A DNA stretch of 64,000 nt from Eledone cirrhosa (GCA_964016885.1 OZ024745.1:129642001-129706000), one strand, 5' to 3'; positions 41,751 through 54,854 are shown, counted from the stretch's first letter. The notes: a model not told the origin generated them from the letters alone. Translations and numbers: made by a program.

Positions 41751-43336
41751 AACCCTATCAAATAAAATCCTTTACATCTCGTGCCGCGAGATGAACAGAT
41801 TTACTCTAAGGAATAGGATTTTTATTGAAATTTTTATCAAAAAGATACTTTCAAAGAAATGTGGAAATTAACATTTGTGAAATTTAAATTTTTCACGTGG
41901 CTATGAAAATTCCAAACCACGCCTCTTTAAAGAAATATAAAAATTTAAAAGTCAGAAAATTTCTCAAATAAATATCCAACAAACAAACAAACAAATAGTA
42001 ATTTAATTGCGCAGCAGGACACAACGTTTAACAATAATATTTTAACCATTCTAGTTTACACATCTCCGATTTCAAGCAAAGCAACAACACTGACGCTTGC
42101 ACACACTGTTTACGAAACTAAAATGTTTCTGCTATATCGCGTGCCGGTGATGTCTTCCTTATCTGCCGTAGTAAAATGGCACGGATTATTTAAGTATGCC
42201 TCTCTTCCCTGTTAGAGATATGTTACAAAAAGTCTGTGCCAGTCAGCTTCAATACCACACAAAACTGATTATCTCTGACCGAAGATATTAGCCATGCCTA
42301 AGTAGAACATTCGCGAAGCTCTACAACTAACGATGACCCTATATGTTGTTGGCAAGAATAACACAGGATATTCTTCGATGTATAGTCTTTCCAGGTTCAG
42401 TACAAAACTTCCGTCAGAATGGTAGAGCTACATGTGCGCCAACAGAAAATCAACTAGAATATTCTGCTAAGAAGAAGCACCAGGATCAGTAGCTGCCTGA
42501 TCCACCAATAGCAACCCCAAATTATGTTTGGATATAGTAGAGGTAGTGTGAGAGATAATCCCATATCTGGTTCTTGATCTACCAGCCAGGCAATCAGTAC
42601 TTCATCTATAGGGCGCAGCTTCATCACCTTGTAACGGAAATGATCGAGAATAGAGAGCTCGACGAAATGGTGGTAGATATAAAAGAGTAGACGGATCATT
42701 CGAGTTTCGGAACGTATAAAATGCAAGATAAATGGCCGACCCCATTCTCGGAAGAATAGAACGGACAATATTATGAAAACATTACAAAAAGCGAAGGTTA
42801 GTACATTTTTATTCCCAACAGAAAATTGCCATGTCTTTGCTAAGGTTATGAAAACTTGATAGAGGAACTGAAGAGTTACACTTACTATGTAGAATGGTTG
42901 GAGTCGATATTGGAGGTGAGAAACTAATACGTTATGTGGAACAGGCAGTTAATCAAATAATACCAAAATGTTACTGGAGAATTTACGGCTCATTAATTGT
43001 CAAAGACCCACGAACACTGATTAAATTAAAAATAATTCTGAGCTATATAACGAACGGTAAATTACCAAAAGAAAAAAAAAGAAAAAGGAAAACAAAATAT
43101 TTCATATAATATAATTTAACAACCATGAAGATGGAGTAAACGTAAATAATATTGCTTTGATCGCAAAAATATCAGTTTGAATACTCTGTCTAAAAATGTC
43201 AGCTACACTAACGGCAACTTGGACTGTACATCAAGTAGACCTAGATTTCTCTTCTCTAAATCTTAGACTCGATCTTCTTCTTCTGAACTCATAACTAACA
43301 TATAGGGTCGGCAAATAAAAGAATGCGAAGCGAGGG

Positions 43337-43416
<80 letters not shown>

Positions 43417-44337
43417 TAATTGTCCACCATCTTCGAGGATTTACGGATTTATCTTCGAACCCATTTCTTCGAAATCAGATAGTTCGAAGTGCATTCACTT
43501 CGATAGTATTTTACTCAGAAAATCAAAACATCGAAAAGTTGGTATCATACACCTTCTTTGAATAAAAGATTAGGCAATAATCTGTATAAAAGGGTAATAA
43601 AGACCCTAATCAAATCCCTAACCCTAAACCTATCCCTAACACCAACCCTTGCTTGTTCTCTGAAATAAGTCCGAAATTGATGATTTGAAGTAATTGGCCT
43701 GTCGTTGTTATTCTGCTCCGTAGTTTTTGCTTGTCTAAAATATCTTACTTCAAATATGTTCGAAGTATAGTCCATAAACGATTTCGAGACTCTCAGTCAA
43801 TTCATCGTTCATCTCACTCTTTTTCTCGATCTCGACCTCTCTCTGTATATATATAGTAATAATAATAAACTTTAATCTGTTATTTTAATATATATATATA
43901 TATATATATGTATGAATGTATGTATAGTATATTTGATAATATACTGTATATTTAATTAAAAACATTTTGAAGACCATTCGATATACATTTTAAAGTAGTG
44001 ACTATGCCACTTACCTCCCTTATATCTTACCTTATTTTTTAAATAACCCACTTTTTTCTATACATTTTCTAAATTACTTGCCCCAGCATGAACTCTTTTG
44101 TTATATCCCCATAGGTAAAGCACAATCAACCATAGGCAGTCATCTTTGTTTTTTAATTTTCTCATGACAGGCTGAATAAATTGGGGCCCAGAACCCAACG
44201 AAACTTCAGTACCTGTTTATGTATTTGTTGTAAACTATACTCGTCCTATGGATTGAGTGCTCTTACTCTTGGATATTTCCACTTATCTTTTACTCCCCGC
44301 CCGGCCCATCAATCTATCTATCATTTTTCTCATTCTT

Positions 44338-44373
44338 TCTTCTGATGAAGGACTGGCATCCGAAACGTTAAGA
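44338..44373 (+). ncRNA. Very small hammerhead ribozyme motif in a (TA)-flanked element
   Basis: TCTT CTGATGA aGGActggcaTCC GAAA CG TT AAGA; palindromic AACGTT stem III. Confidence 0.7.
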
Positions 44374-44564
44374 CCCTCTTCCTGCTAAATCAAGTGATAA
44401 CCTAATATATCCCCTCCATATAGTGTGCCGATTGTGTTGTTATTTTTGTTAAATGTTTACATTCATATATATATATATATATATTAAAATAACAGAATAA
44501 AGTTTCAGCAAAGAATCGCTTATATATTTATCCTCATCGAATTCTCTTTGGATTTTAGTCTTCA

Positions 44565-44728
44565 TTCGGACGCCATACTTTCTACCATAGTTACGTCCCT
44601 TTACGATCTGAGTTCAAATCCCGCCGAGGTTGACTTTGCCTTTCATCCTTACGGGGTCGATAAAATAAAGTACCAGTAATGCACCGAGTAATTGCTGGAC
44701 TTGTGCCTAAAGTAGAAACAATTATTAC
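44565..44728 (+). mobile_element. SINE, 5'-truncated
   Basis: B-box, core and tail. Confidence 0.8.
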
Positions 44729-45217
44729 TATATATATATATAGTATGTGATTATAGTGTAGTACTTCACTATTTTCTTTGGTAAGATGGGAGAAGCTCAT
44801 TGTGTGTATATATATGTGTGTGTATGTGTGTGTATATATATATATACATACATGTGCGCGTGTGTGTGTATATAGTGAAAGAGATGGAGAGAATGAAAGA
44901 TGGAGAGGTAGAATGTAAACGAAAGACTTTAGTACATACTTACACAGAGAGGAAGTGAAGAGTATATGGTATGAAAGATGACAACAGTTGCTAAAGCCAG
45001 GAATGATGTCGTCATTGAAACCATGGTTTCCTTCTGGGTTCATTCCTACGAGGAAAGCCACCTGACAAATAATAGTACTCTTCGTATTACTTATAATAGT
45101 AAGACTTCTACGAACCGTTTCTGTCATCTTGTAATACTCTAGGATGATATCATTTTTCTTCTTCATTCTTTCTTTCATACATTCATTTATTATTTATTTC
45201 CATTTATTTCCGACGAT

Positions 45218-45756
45218 GGTGGATTGGCAGTATCGCTAGAGGCTCGGACGCCATGCTTTGCAGTGCGGTGGATTGGCAGTATCGCTAGAGGCTCGGACGC
45301 CATGCTTTGCAGTGCGGTGGATTGGCAGTATCGCTAGAGGCTCGGACGCCATGCTTTGCAGTGCGGTGTAATGGCAGTGTCAGTAGAGGCTCGGACGCCA
45401 TGCTTTGCCGTGCGGTGGAATGGCAGTGTCAGTAGTGGCTCGGACGCCATGCTTTGCAGTGCGGTGGATTGGCAGTATCGCTAGAGGCTCGGACGCCATG
45501 CTTTGCAGTGCGGTGTAATGGCAGTGTCAGTAGAGGCTCGGACGCCATGCTTTGCCGTGCGGTGGAATGGCAGTGTCAGTAGTGGCTCGGACGCCATGCT
45601 TTGCCGTGCGGTGGAATGGCAGTGTCAGTAGAGGCTCGGACGCCATGCTTTGCCGTGCGATGGAATGGCAGTGTCAGTAGAGGCTCGGACGCCATGCTTT
45701 GCCGTGCGATGGAATAGTAGTATCGTTAGAGTGTCGAATGCCATGCTTTGCAGTGC
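45218..45756 (+). repeat. 11 x 49-bp tandem repeat derived from the SINE 5' head
   Basis: Unit GGTGGATTGGCAGTATCGCTAGAGGCTCGGACGCCATGCTTTGCAGTGC; a 12th unit at 45757 continues into a full SINE. Confidence 0.9.
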
Positions 45757-46348
45757 GGTGGATTGGCAGTATCGGTAGAGGGTCGGACGCCATGCTTTGC
45801 AGCAAAGAGTTACGTCCCTTTACGGATTGAGTTCAAATTCCGCCGAGGTTAGCTTCGCCTTTCATCCATACGAGATCGATAAAATAAAGTACCAGTATCG
45901 CACTGGGGTCGTTTAATCGGCTTTCCCCATCCCCCAAAATCCTTGGCCTTGTGCCTATTGGATGGGCAGTATTGGTAGAGGGTCGGACGCCATGCTTTGC
46001 AGTAAAGAGTTACGTCCCTTTTTGGTCTGAGTTCAAATCCCGCCGATGTTAACTTTGCCTTTCATCCTTACGGGGTCGATAAAATAAAGCATCAGTAATA
46101 CATTGGAATAATTTCTGGCCTTGTGCCAAATATAGAAACAATTATTAAGCGTGGTAGGGGCGCGGGATTGGCTGTATCGGTGGAGGGTCGGATGCAATGC
46201 TTTGCAGCATAGAGTTACGTCCCTTTACGGACTGAGATCAAATCCCACCGAGGTTAACTTTGCCTTTGATCCTTACAGGTTCGATAAAAAAAGTACCAGT
46301 AATGCACTGGTTAATTGCTGGCCTTGTGCCACAAGTAGAAACAATTAT
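45757..46348 (+). mobile_element. Three tandem full SINE copies
   Basis: Heads at ~45757, ~45960 and ~46163. Confidence 0.85.
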
Positions 46349-46747
46349 TTATTTCCATCTTATACCATATATAAATCTCACTATATACCGAGATTTTGAA
46401 AATTTAGTAAACTCAATTTAGAGGCGAGGCGTGTTTACACATAGTCATACACACATATACAAACACGTACACGGACACACACTCAAGGACACACGCACAA
46501 GGACACACTAATACAAATGTTTTTCTCATATTTTGTGGGAAGTTCGAACATAGAAAATTTAATGAACTCGACTTATATTTAAGTAACAGCCGTACTAAGA
46601 GTGGGAAATGAAATTTCGTTTCATTTTTTCCGTTTATCGTTTTCGGTGCAGCCGGCCGATTAACCCACTCGATATGCAAATTGGGCTACTCAGCCGTTAA
46701 TATGCATAAGGTAAGTATATACGTTCAACAATCTGGCAGGAAGGTAT

Positions 46748-46790
46748 AGGTTGCTGACGATAGCTAATAAGCTTGAAACTAGTACAGCGT
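46748..46790 (+). ncRNA. Hammerhead family A in element ~46571-46997
   Basis: aggTTG CTGACGA tAGCTaataAGCTt GAAA CTAG TA CAGcgt. Confidence 0.85.
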
Positions 46791-47082
46791 TCCTTTGTCA
46801 GTGTTGAACAAACGAGCAACTATGGTTGCTGGACACTACGGCTTAATACGGGATGTTTGTTTACAAACACACCGAGCATGATAATAAATGTTCGGTGAAT
46901 CCATACATACATATATATATGTGTGCATGTATGTATGTATATATACATAATACTGTACGTCTGTATACATATATGTATGTACGTGTACATACTTATATAT
47001 ATATATATATATAGTTATGTAATAAACAACATAAGATAATTATTTCATTTACCAGTGGTTTCTTGAAAGCAAACACATTTTC

Positions 47083-47142
47083 TTTCATTCTGAAGACTGA
47101 AAGCAGATTTGTTTGCTTTCAAGAAACCACTGGTAAATGAAA
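47083..47142 (+). ncRNA. Hammerhead family B, intact, in element ~47012-47238
   Basis: TTTCATT CTGAAGA cTGAAAGCAGAtttgTTTGCTTTCAa GAAA CCACTGG TA AATGAAA: 7-bp stem I, 10-bp stem II. Confidence 0.88.
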
Positions 47143-47234
47143 TAATGATCTTATGCTGTTTATTACATAACTATTAAGCTTTGTAACCTACATAGAGCAC
47201 TCTTTATTCCTGGACCTTTCCGACGGAATTACTT

Positions 47235-47322
<88 letters not shown>

Positions 47323-47391
47323 AAAGGTAAACAGAAAGAACACAATCGGTACAGTATATGGCAGTATATTAGGTTAACTCTTGAAATAGCC

Positions 47392-47465
<74 letters not shown>

Positions 47466-47534
47466 ATAATAATAAAATAGAAGATCCCGTTAAGGGTGAA
47501 AGCAGCGATTCTTTGCTTAAACTTTAATCTGTTA

Positions 47535-47574
<40 letters not shown>

Positions 47575-47829
47575 CATGTTTAACCCCGACGGCGTAGCTA
47601 AGGCCGTTTCGACGGCTATTTCTGGACTAGTAGAGTGGGTAATAGGAAAATGTTTAACCCCGACGGCAGAGCTCAAGCCGTTTCGACGGTTGGGATTTCC
47701 CACAAAATATGAGAAAAAAACATTTGTTACATTTGATAAGATTGACATATCAATCGAAACCCGTAATATTCGACCAAACTTAAATCCAGTTAATGTAAGA
47801 ATTATAAAAATACTCATTTAAGAAATAAT

Positions 47830-48150
47830 CTTTAAATATACCCGTGGTGGTATATCTTATACAAACCAATCAGTGGTTTACTGTGGATTGTGCATATTTT
47901 CTTGATAATATTTTACTAACATATCTTGGGTGTCAGTTAAAGAAGATAACCAGAAGTTTGGCATTTTGTCAAAGCAAGGATATTTCTATTTGTTGGATTT
48001 CTTTATTGCTAACTCCATAGTTATTTCTTGCCAAGTCTGCCTTTCTAAATTATTGTGTATGACTTCCATGTTATTTATCCATTCTGCATTCGTATTATGA
48101 GATTTTTACTGTATTTCATACTGTTTTCCAAAATTATTCAATTTCATGAA
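47830..48150 (-). pseudogene. R4/Dong-like non-LTR retrotransposon RT N-terminal fragment
   Basis: Minus translation HNTNAEWINNME...EITMELAIKKSNK*KYPCFDKMPNFWLSSL resembles HN..A.W...K..NWK.PG.D.I.NFW. Confidence 0.65.
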
Positions 48151-50082
48151 TTAAAGGAGGTTCTTACACTTCAAGTGATAGTTGGGTGAGTGTGGCGAAA
48201 ATGGCCCGAGTAAATTGGCCTTCTCTGTATATAAACCTGTAGGTTGAGTAAGACAAACAGAGGGAATACGGGAACACCTACAAAACGTGTTCCTTGTGTT
48301 GAGGGTGCTTCAATCCACGGGGCGTAAAACAACCCTGCAGTAACGTTCCCCCTATTGGGGATTTTGATTGTTTTATTTATATATATATATATTATATATA
48401 TAGTAATAATAATAAATTTGAAGACTAAAATCCAAAGAGGGCTCGATAAGGAAAATATATATCAAATATATAAGAAATGCAGAGCAAATATTTATTAAAA
48501 TAACAGATTAAAGTTTAAGCAAAGAATCGGTGCTTTCACCCTTAACAGGATCTTTATATATTTTATATATATATATATATATTAGAAACTGAGGTTTTTT
48601 TTACAAAATGAAAAATAACCGAGGTGTCCTACACGAGTGGAAGTATAAAGAAAAAGGGATGAAATCGAAAATGCAACTGAAGTCTTATTTTTAAAAAAAA
48701 TATATATATTTATTTGGTTCCTTTACCGGTTTCGCAGTTCTTCTGCTTTTCAAAAGGTGAGTTGAGATGGAGGGTCTGTGGTTTTTCTCATATATATATA
48801 TATATATATATTGTGAAGTGAAGAAAATGAAACAACAATACTGTCACCACTATAAAAGCAACTGCAGCGACTACAAAATTCTGAAAAACAAAGAAGCAAT
48901 AAGTATGATATGAATTTAATGTCATATTTGATGAGATAAATGGCTAAGAACATCAGACTTAATAGTACTGTTTTGTCAATTAATAATACTGTTTATCTTG
49001 GGTTCTTCGATTGAGAGCTGAGATACATTCAAGATTCATTACCAGCTATCTATCTGTTATTAGATTTATCTCTCTCCGTCTCTCTCTCTCCCTTTCTCTC
49101 TCTCCCCCCCCCCTCTCTCTCTCTCTGTAATATACTTGATATTTTACATTGTGCTATTCTCGTACTTGTAATTGGATAATATTTAATATTACCCACATTA
49201 TATATATATGTATATATATATATATATATATGTTTGTGTGTGTGTGTGGGGGGGGGGGGGAGTCCCGGGCTCTTCTGATAATTTCTTTCGAATGAGACAG
49301 TTCTAGTCCTGTAGAAGCCATTTCCATATCAAATTCCCAATCTATTTCTACAATTGAGTAAACTAGACAAAAGTGAAATAGAGTATCTTGGTCAAAGGCA
49401 CAATAATAATCCGAGAATGGAACAAACAACCGACAATTCTAAGCTCAAAGCTGTAACCCAGTTAGTTAAGCAAAACAAGACCACAAACTTCACAAGGAAG
49501 ACATTATTAAAAGATTGTCAACATATTTTAGTTTGATGGAAGGAATGTAGAGAATAATAATAATAATATTAATAATAATAATGTCCGTTTACAATTGTTT
49601 CGCTACTCCATATAATATTTCTGGATCAGATGAATATATATCATTATTGATCTGGTTCAGTTGAAAATAATTAACATATTTAAAAACAGAGCGGCTCATC
49701 GGAACTTCAAAGGAATATAAATTAAAATAAGGAGAGAATGTTACATAATGTAATGTTCCATATATTGGTATTTCACTATGGTGTCCAGGTTGTATCAATT
49801 GTCAGCCATAATCAAACAGTATTCATCTGTCGTGGCTGCATTGTGTGAGATCTTCATATGGGTAACAAGCTGGTCGCCAAAGGACATATTTACCTTACTA
49901 ATTAGAGGGTGGTTTCAGGGGAAGTAACTCCTCGAGAGATTAGAAATTGTGGGTAGTTTATAGTTAAGTGCTAATTTTTTAATTTTTAATTGAGAGACAA
50001 TGTAGGGGAGGTAACTTATAATTATCTAAGTTAGTTATAGCTATTTAACTTATTAGCTACAAGTAAAAATGGGGCTAGATGA

Positions 50083-52594
50083 CTATGTTGGGTCAAATAT
50101 TCTATTGGCGAAGGAATTAGCCCTTCGATGTTGACAGCTAATAGTTACCTCCGTTCTATCGTTAATCGGTAGAGGTCGTGATAGAGTTATGTAATATGCT
50201 TCGGTAATACAGAGATCACAAGATTTTCTTCGTCCATTGAACGGTTGGGCCCTAGCTACGATATCCCATTTTAGTGAGTGTTCAATGTTGCTTAATTTAA
50301 GGTTTTTAATGAGCCTAGCTAGAGATATCGAACATCTCTTGTTAGGGTCTCGGAAGGAAAAAGAGTGTGCGTTATAGCGTACCTTAAAAGGGTTAGAGGT
50401 AGACCCGATATAAGAGCTGGTATTCGAAGCAGTTTTAACCGTGCACCTATAGACTATGTTGGGTGTCAGGCAGTGTCCATTTAATGGGCATGCATTAGGG
50501 TACCGGCAGTTGCAGTTGCTTCTGCGGTTAGTGAGAGTAGGGTAGTTTAACCTAAGCGGTTGGTCAGTGCTAGAAGGATTAGATGGAGGAGGTGTGCTAC
50601 TAGAGTAATTATTGGTGTAGTGGCGTGGTGTATTTGATAGGGGTGGTGGTACCGCGGTGTGGGAGTTATACTGTCTTAGTTTATGATGGTTACTGAATGC
50701 GATGTGGCTAGCTAGGTTAGGTGTTGTGGAGAATGAGATTTTAATGTTTATTTTATTAAAGAGTTTGTAATATTTATGGTTGCGGGGGAAATGTTTAGAT
50801 AGGATAGAGAAGAAGCATTTAGGGATATTAGTGGCTAGATTAGATGAGAATGGGGGGGTTAAGCTAGGTGATATTTCTAGGTCTATTCCTTCTAGGGGTT
50901 CTAGTGGAGTTGGTAGGGGCCTCCCTAGGGTTACTATTACCTGGGGATTTGTTATTTGTCATCCCATTTCTCATTCCTATTCTAGGGTTGATTTTTAGTT
51001 TGCTACTTGGAGTGGGGAGCAGGCCGCTTCCACCATTAAACTTCCATGTATAGGTGCTGTTACTGCTAAAATTCCGGCGAATCTGGCTATATGCTAAGGT
51101 ATTTCTAGTTCTAGTGTTAAGTTTATTATGGCGAATTGCTCTGTTATGTCATTTAGGTATGTAGTAAATGGATTGTTCATAACCAGATTCAGAAAGAGCC
51201 TTATTATAATATTGTGCATGGTTTATAAATATCTTCTCATTTTCTGATAGCATGGAGATCCTATACGAGATAGATTTGATTACTGCTCTGATGACTGCCG
51301 GTAGGTGGTTAGAGTGTGGGCTAATATATGTGAGTATTTCTCCTGGTTTATGGTAAGGGTAATATAGGTTATTGTTGAGATCCAGGTGACGTCTAGGAAG
51401 TTTACTACTTTATGGTTCGGCTCGATGGTGATAGAGAGACCGTTATTTTTAAAGAATCTATGTAATTGTTTTTTTAGCAAATTAGTGCCCCGATTAGTGC
51501 AATTGTGGACTGCAAATAGGGCGTCGTGCTTGTATATTTCGCCTTGCAATGGTTGGATTTCGGCTCTGATGTTATGTAATAGGTAAATTCCAACTAAATC
51601 GGTGATTTGCGCAGAGTCACTTGAGCCCATCGTGATGTCAAAGTTGTCTGTTCTCTCTTTTCTAGTCCAGAGTGCTCCTTTGAATTCAATGATGGTCTGC
51701 CTAGCCATAAGTATGATGTTAATCTCATTATTGGTTATGTCCGAGTAGGTGTTGGCTAGGGTTAATGCTTTGTTGAGCGGGGTTATTGAAGCGGGGTTAT
51801 TGAAGCGGGGTTATTGGAGCGGGGTTATTGAAGCGTAATAGCTGTCGATGTCAAATTGGATGAACCTCATAGATTGTTTGGACCTTAGATCGGAGAACCA
51901 TCTAATGACTTGGCCGGTGTTGGACCACAACTTGTAGGTGATATCATCCCGTAGCCCAGGGATTATCCTATCAAGGATGTTCTTACTGATACGACCCAGG
52001 TCGGATGTGGTTGGGTTTATATGTCTAATATATGGGTTCTCTATAAAGTTTGGCTTATGATCTTTGAGAGAGAACCTTGGGGTTGTTGGTACATAAGGGT
52101 GGGTAAATCTATCCAGATGCAAGTCCTTAACCAAAGCCTGTGCTTTTCGGTTAAGTACGTTTACACTGGAGGGTATAGATTTTTTTATAGTTTTTATTAA
52201 GTTCCTTAAGAAGGAAAGAGTTGTAAGTTTCAGGAGTCATGGTGTATAGATTTTTAGTTTTTTCAGACATAACATATAGTTGTTGCTAATTTAGTCAGGA
52301 AATTATTCTTGTGTCTATAATGCTTTTTGAATTTAATGCTCCTGACGAAGTTGAATAGATCTTTCTCAAAAGAGTCAGCATGATGTTGTGTGGGGGATTC
52401 TTGCAGGTGGTAAATCCATATCTATTTGCTGTACTTCCGGCGTCAGCAGCACCCGCACGGTCAAAGTGGAAGGCTTTCCATTTTATTCTTCGGATGACAG
52501 AGTTGACACTCTGTATTAGGAGTTTGAGGTATGTATTCCTGTCTGGGATAGGTATGGACTTAAGTGAGATTCTGAGTTCCTGCTTGCTCAACAT
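50083..52594 (-). mobile_element. Near-full-length Penelope-like retroelement (RT plus C-terminal GIY-YIG; Naiad-like), disrupted by frameshifts and stops
   Basis: N-term SLKSIPIP..YLKLLI..IRRIKWKAFHF; RT SLKDHKPNF..INPTTSDLGRISK, FIQFDIDSYYASIT, FDITMGSSDSAQITDLVG, IYKHDAL (catalytic YRDD degraded); EN CNCRYPNACPLNGHCLTPNIVY..YIGSTSNPFKVRYNAH..CDLCITE..NDRTE..SCQH; stop at 50083-50085. Confidence 0.92.
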
Positions 52595-52938
52595 GGTGAC
52601 TTCTAACAGTGAATAGCTAAACTACGGGATCTCAAGTATACACATTTCAAGAGTAACCAATCTTAAAGAGAGAGATGGAGATAGGAGAGGAGATAGGAGA
52701 GGAGAGATTGGTGAATTAGTTAGAAGCCAAAGCATAAAGGCATGTGCTCAATGTGCAATATGCAGTAGAAAGCAGCTAGGTGGCTGGGTTCATGCAGAAG
52801 TTAGGCGCGCAGAGCTGGAAATATTAATTAGTTAAGAAAAACTATATATATATACATAGTATGTGATTATAGTTTAGTACTGCACTATTTTCTTTGGTAA
52901 GATGAGAGTAGTTCAATGCATATTATAATTTAACACTT

Positions 52939-53127
52939 ATGGATTGGCAGTATCGGTAGAGGGTCGGACGCCATGCTTTGAAGCATAGAGTTACCTCCCT
53001 GTAAGATCTGAGTTCAAATCCCGCCGAGGTTAACTTTGCCTTTCATCCTTCCAGGGTCGATAAAATAAAGTACCAGTAATGCACTGAGTAATTGCTGGCC
53101 TTGTGCCAAAAGGAGAAACAATTATAA
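52939..53127 (+). mobile_element. tRNA-derived SINE
   Basis: Full head, core and tail. Confidence 0.85.
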
Positions 53128-53272
53128 TTTAATACTTATGATGCACATAATTGCTAATTGATAATTTCCAGTTGTTCTGCAAATGAATGTGATATTTTAG
53201 CCGTCTTGAAACGCGTGTTGAAATGAAAGAATAAATAATAATTTCCCCTCTTTGATTTTCTTTTAATAATTT

Positions 53273-53313
<41 letters not shown>

Positions 53314-53504
53314 CGAAGGAAATGTGGTAAGGAACCAGATGGACCATAACGCACCAGAGTACTCAATACTTAGGGTAGTAGAGTGGGTAATAGGAAAAAG
53401 TATGACCCCGACGGCAGAGCTCAAGCCGTTTCGACGGCTATTTCTGGACTCAGAAATAGCCGTCGAAACGGCTTGAGCTCTGCCGTCGGGGTCATACTTT
53501 TTCC

Positions 53505-53538
<34 letters not shown>

Positions 53539-53638
53539 TATATATACATATATATTTACATATATATATATATACATATATATGTGCATATATATATATA
53601 TTATATTTATTATATATATATATAAATATATACATATT

Positions 53639-53845
<207 letters not shown>

Positions 53846-54792
53846 CATAAACAAAGTACATGACCGTGCAAGAAAATGAATACAAGACAGACAGAGCGGA
53901 AGGAATGATGGAGAAAAAATTAAAGAAAGGATTTACGGTATGAATTATTAAAAGAAAGAAAGTCAGACAAAAATGAATTAAATAAAGAAAGCAATAAAGA
54001 ATTAATGAAGGGGAACACAAAATGAAAATGACGCAAAAAAAAGCACCATTGAAAGAGAGAAAGAGAAACAAAGAATAGATTCATAATGAAAAGAAAAAAA
54101 TAGTTAATGAAGAAACAAACAAAAGATACTTAAGGATATATCCCAAGAAGAACGATGTATGCTTATATATAATTAAAGTTAGAAAGAAAGAAACAATTAT
54201 ATAATTATTGATAAAGGGAAAAAAAATCTATTATTAACATATACCTAAGAATAAAGAATGAAATCTAGAAAGTAGAAAGTAGGAAAGAGAAAAAGAAAGA
54301 TATTGAACTAAAGTACTTAAATGGGCCAAGATTGAGTGCTTTAGAAACACTGTCAATTAGTCCACTTACTTAGAGGAACAATATTGCTCTTTCTGATATT
54401 GCAGTGGTTATTATTTTGTTGTTCTTGGTAACAATGGTGGTGGTGGTGGTCGTGATGATGTTTGTGTCCATAACACTGGTGTTGCCTGTTTGTTACGAAT
54501 CAGCCAATTAACTAAATGATATATAGATACTTCATTTTTGCCATCGTCGTTGATATTGATCACTTTTTTGTTATCATGAAGCGGGCAATACTTTTGAGAA
54601 GAAGAAAAAAAATTCTTATAAGAAAAAAAAAAAAAGATGTAATAATGCTGAGAACATCTTACTGGAATGGTAAATGCTTCACCCACACATAGAGATACTT
54701 ATATATACTCTGTCTGCCTCTCTCTCTCTCTCTGTATATGAATATATATATATATATGTGGTTACCTCCGATTCAACCCGTAATAACTTACC

Positions 54793-54854
<62 letters not shown>

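Noticed and set aside
42090-42780. Possible decayed LINE fragment (also 22270-22850, possible RTE 5' UTR)
   Set aside because: Similarity impression too weak to name without a database search.
45218-45756. CRISPR-like array
   Set aside because: Units are contiguous with no unique spacers, derive from the SINE head, and the context is eukaryotic with no cas genes.
49271-49318. Hammerhead of the 12074/54946 family
   Set aside because: Core mutated (CTGATAA, GAGA); counted only as a dead copy.
50083-50520. Selenocysteine recoding in the Penelope-like endonuclease (reported for some Naiad elements)
   Set aside because: All conserved Cys positions read here are TGC/TGT; there is no in-frame TGA in this segment.
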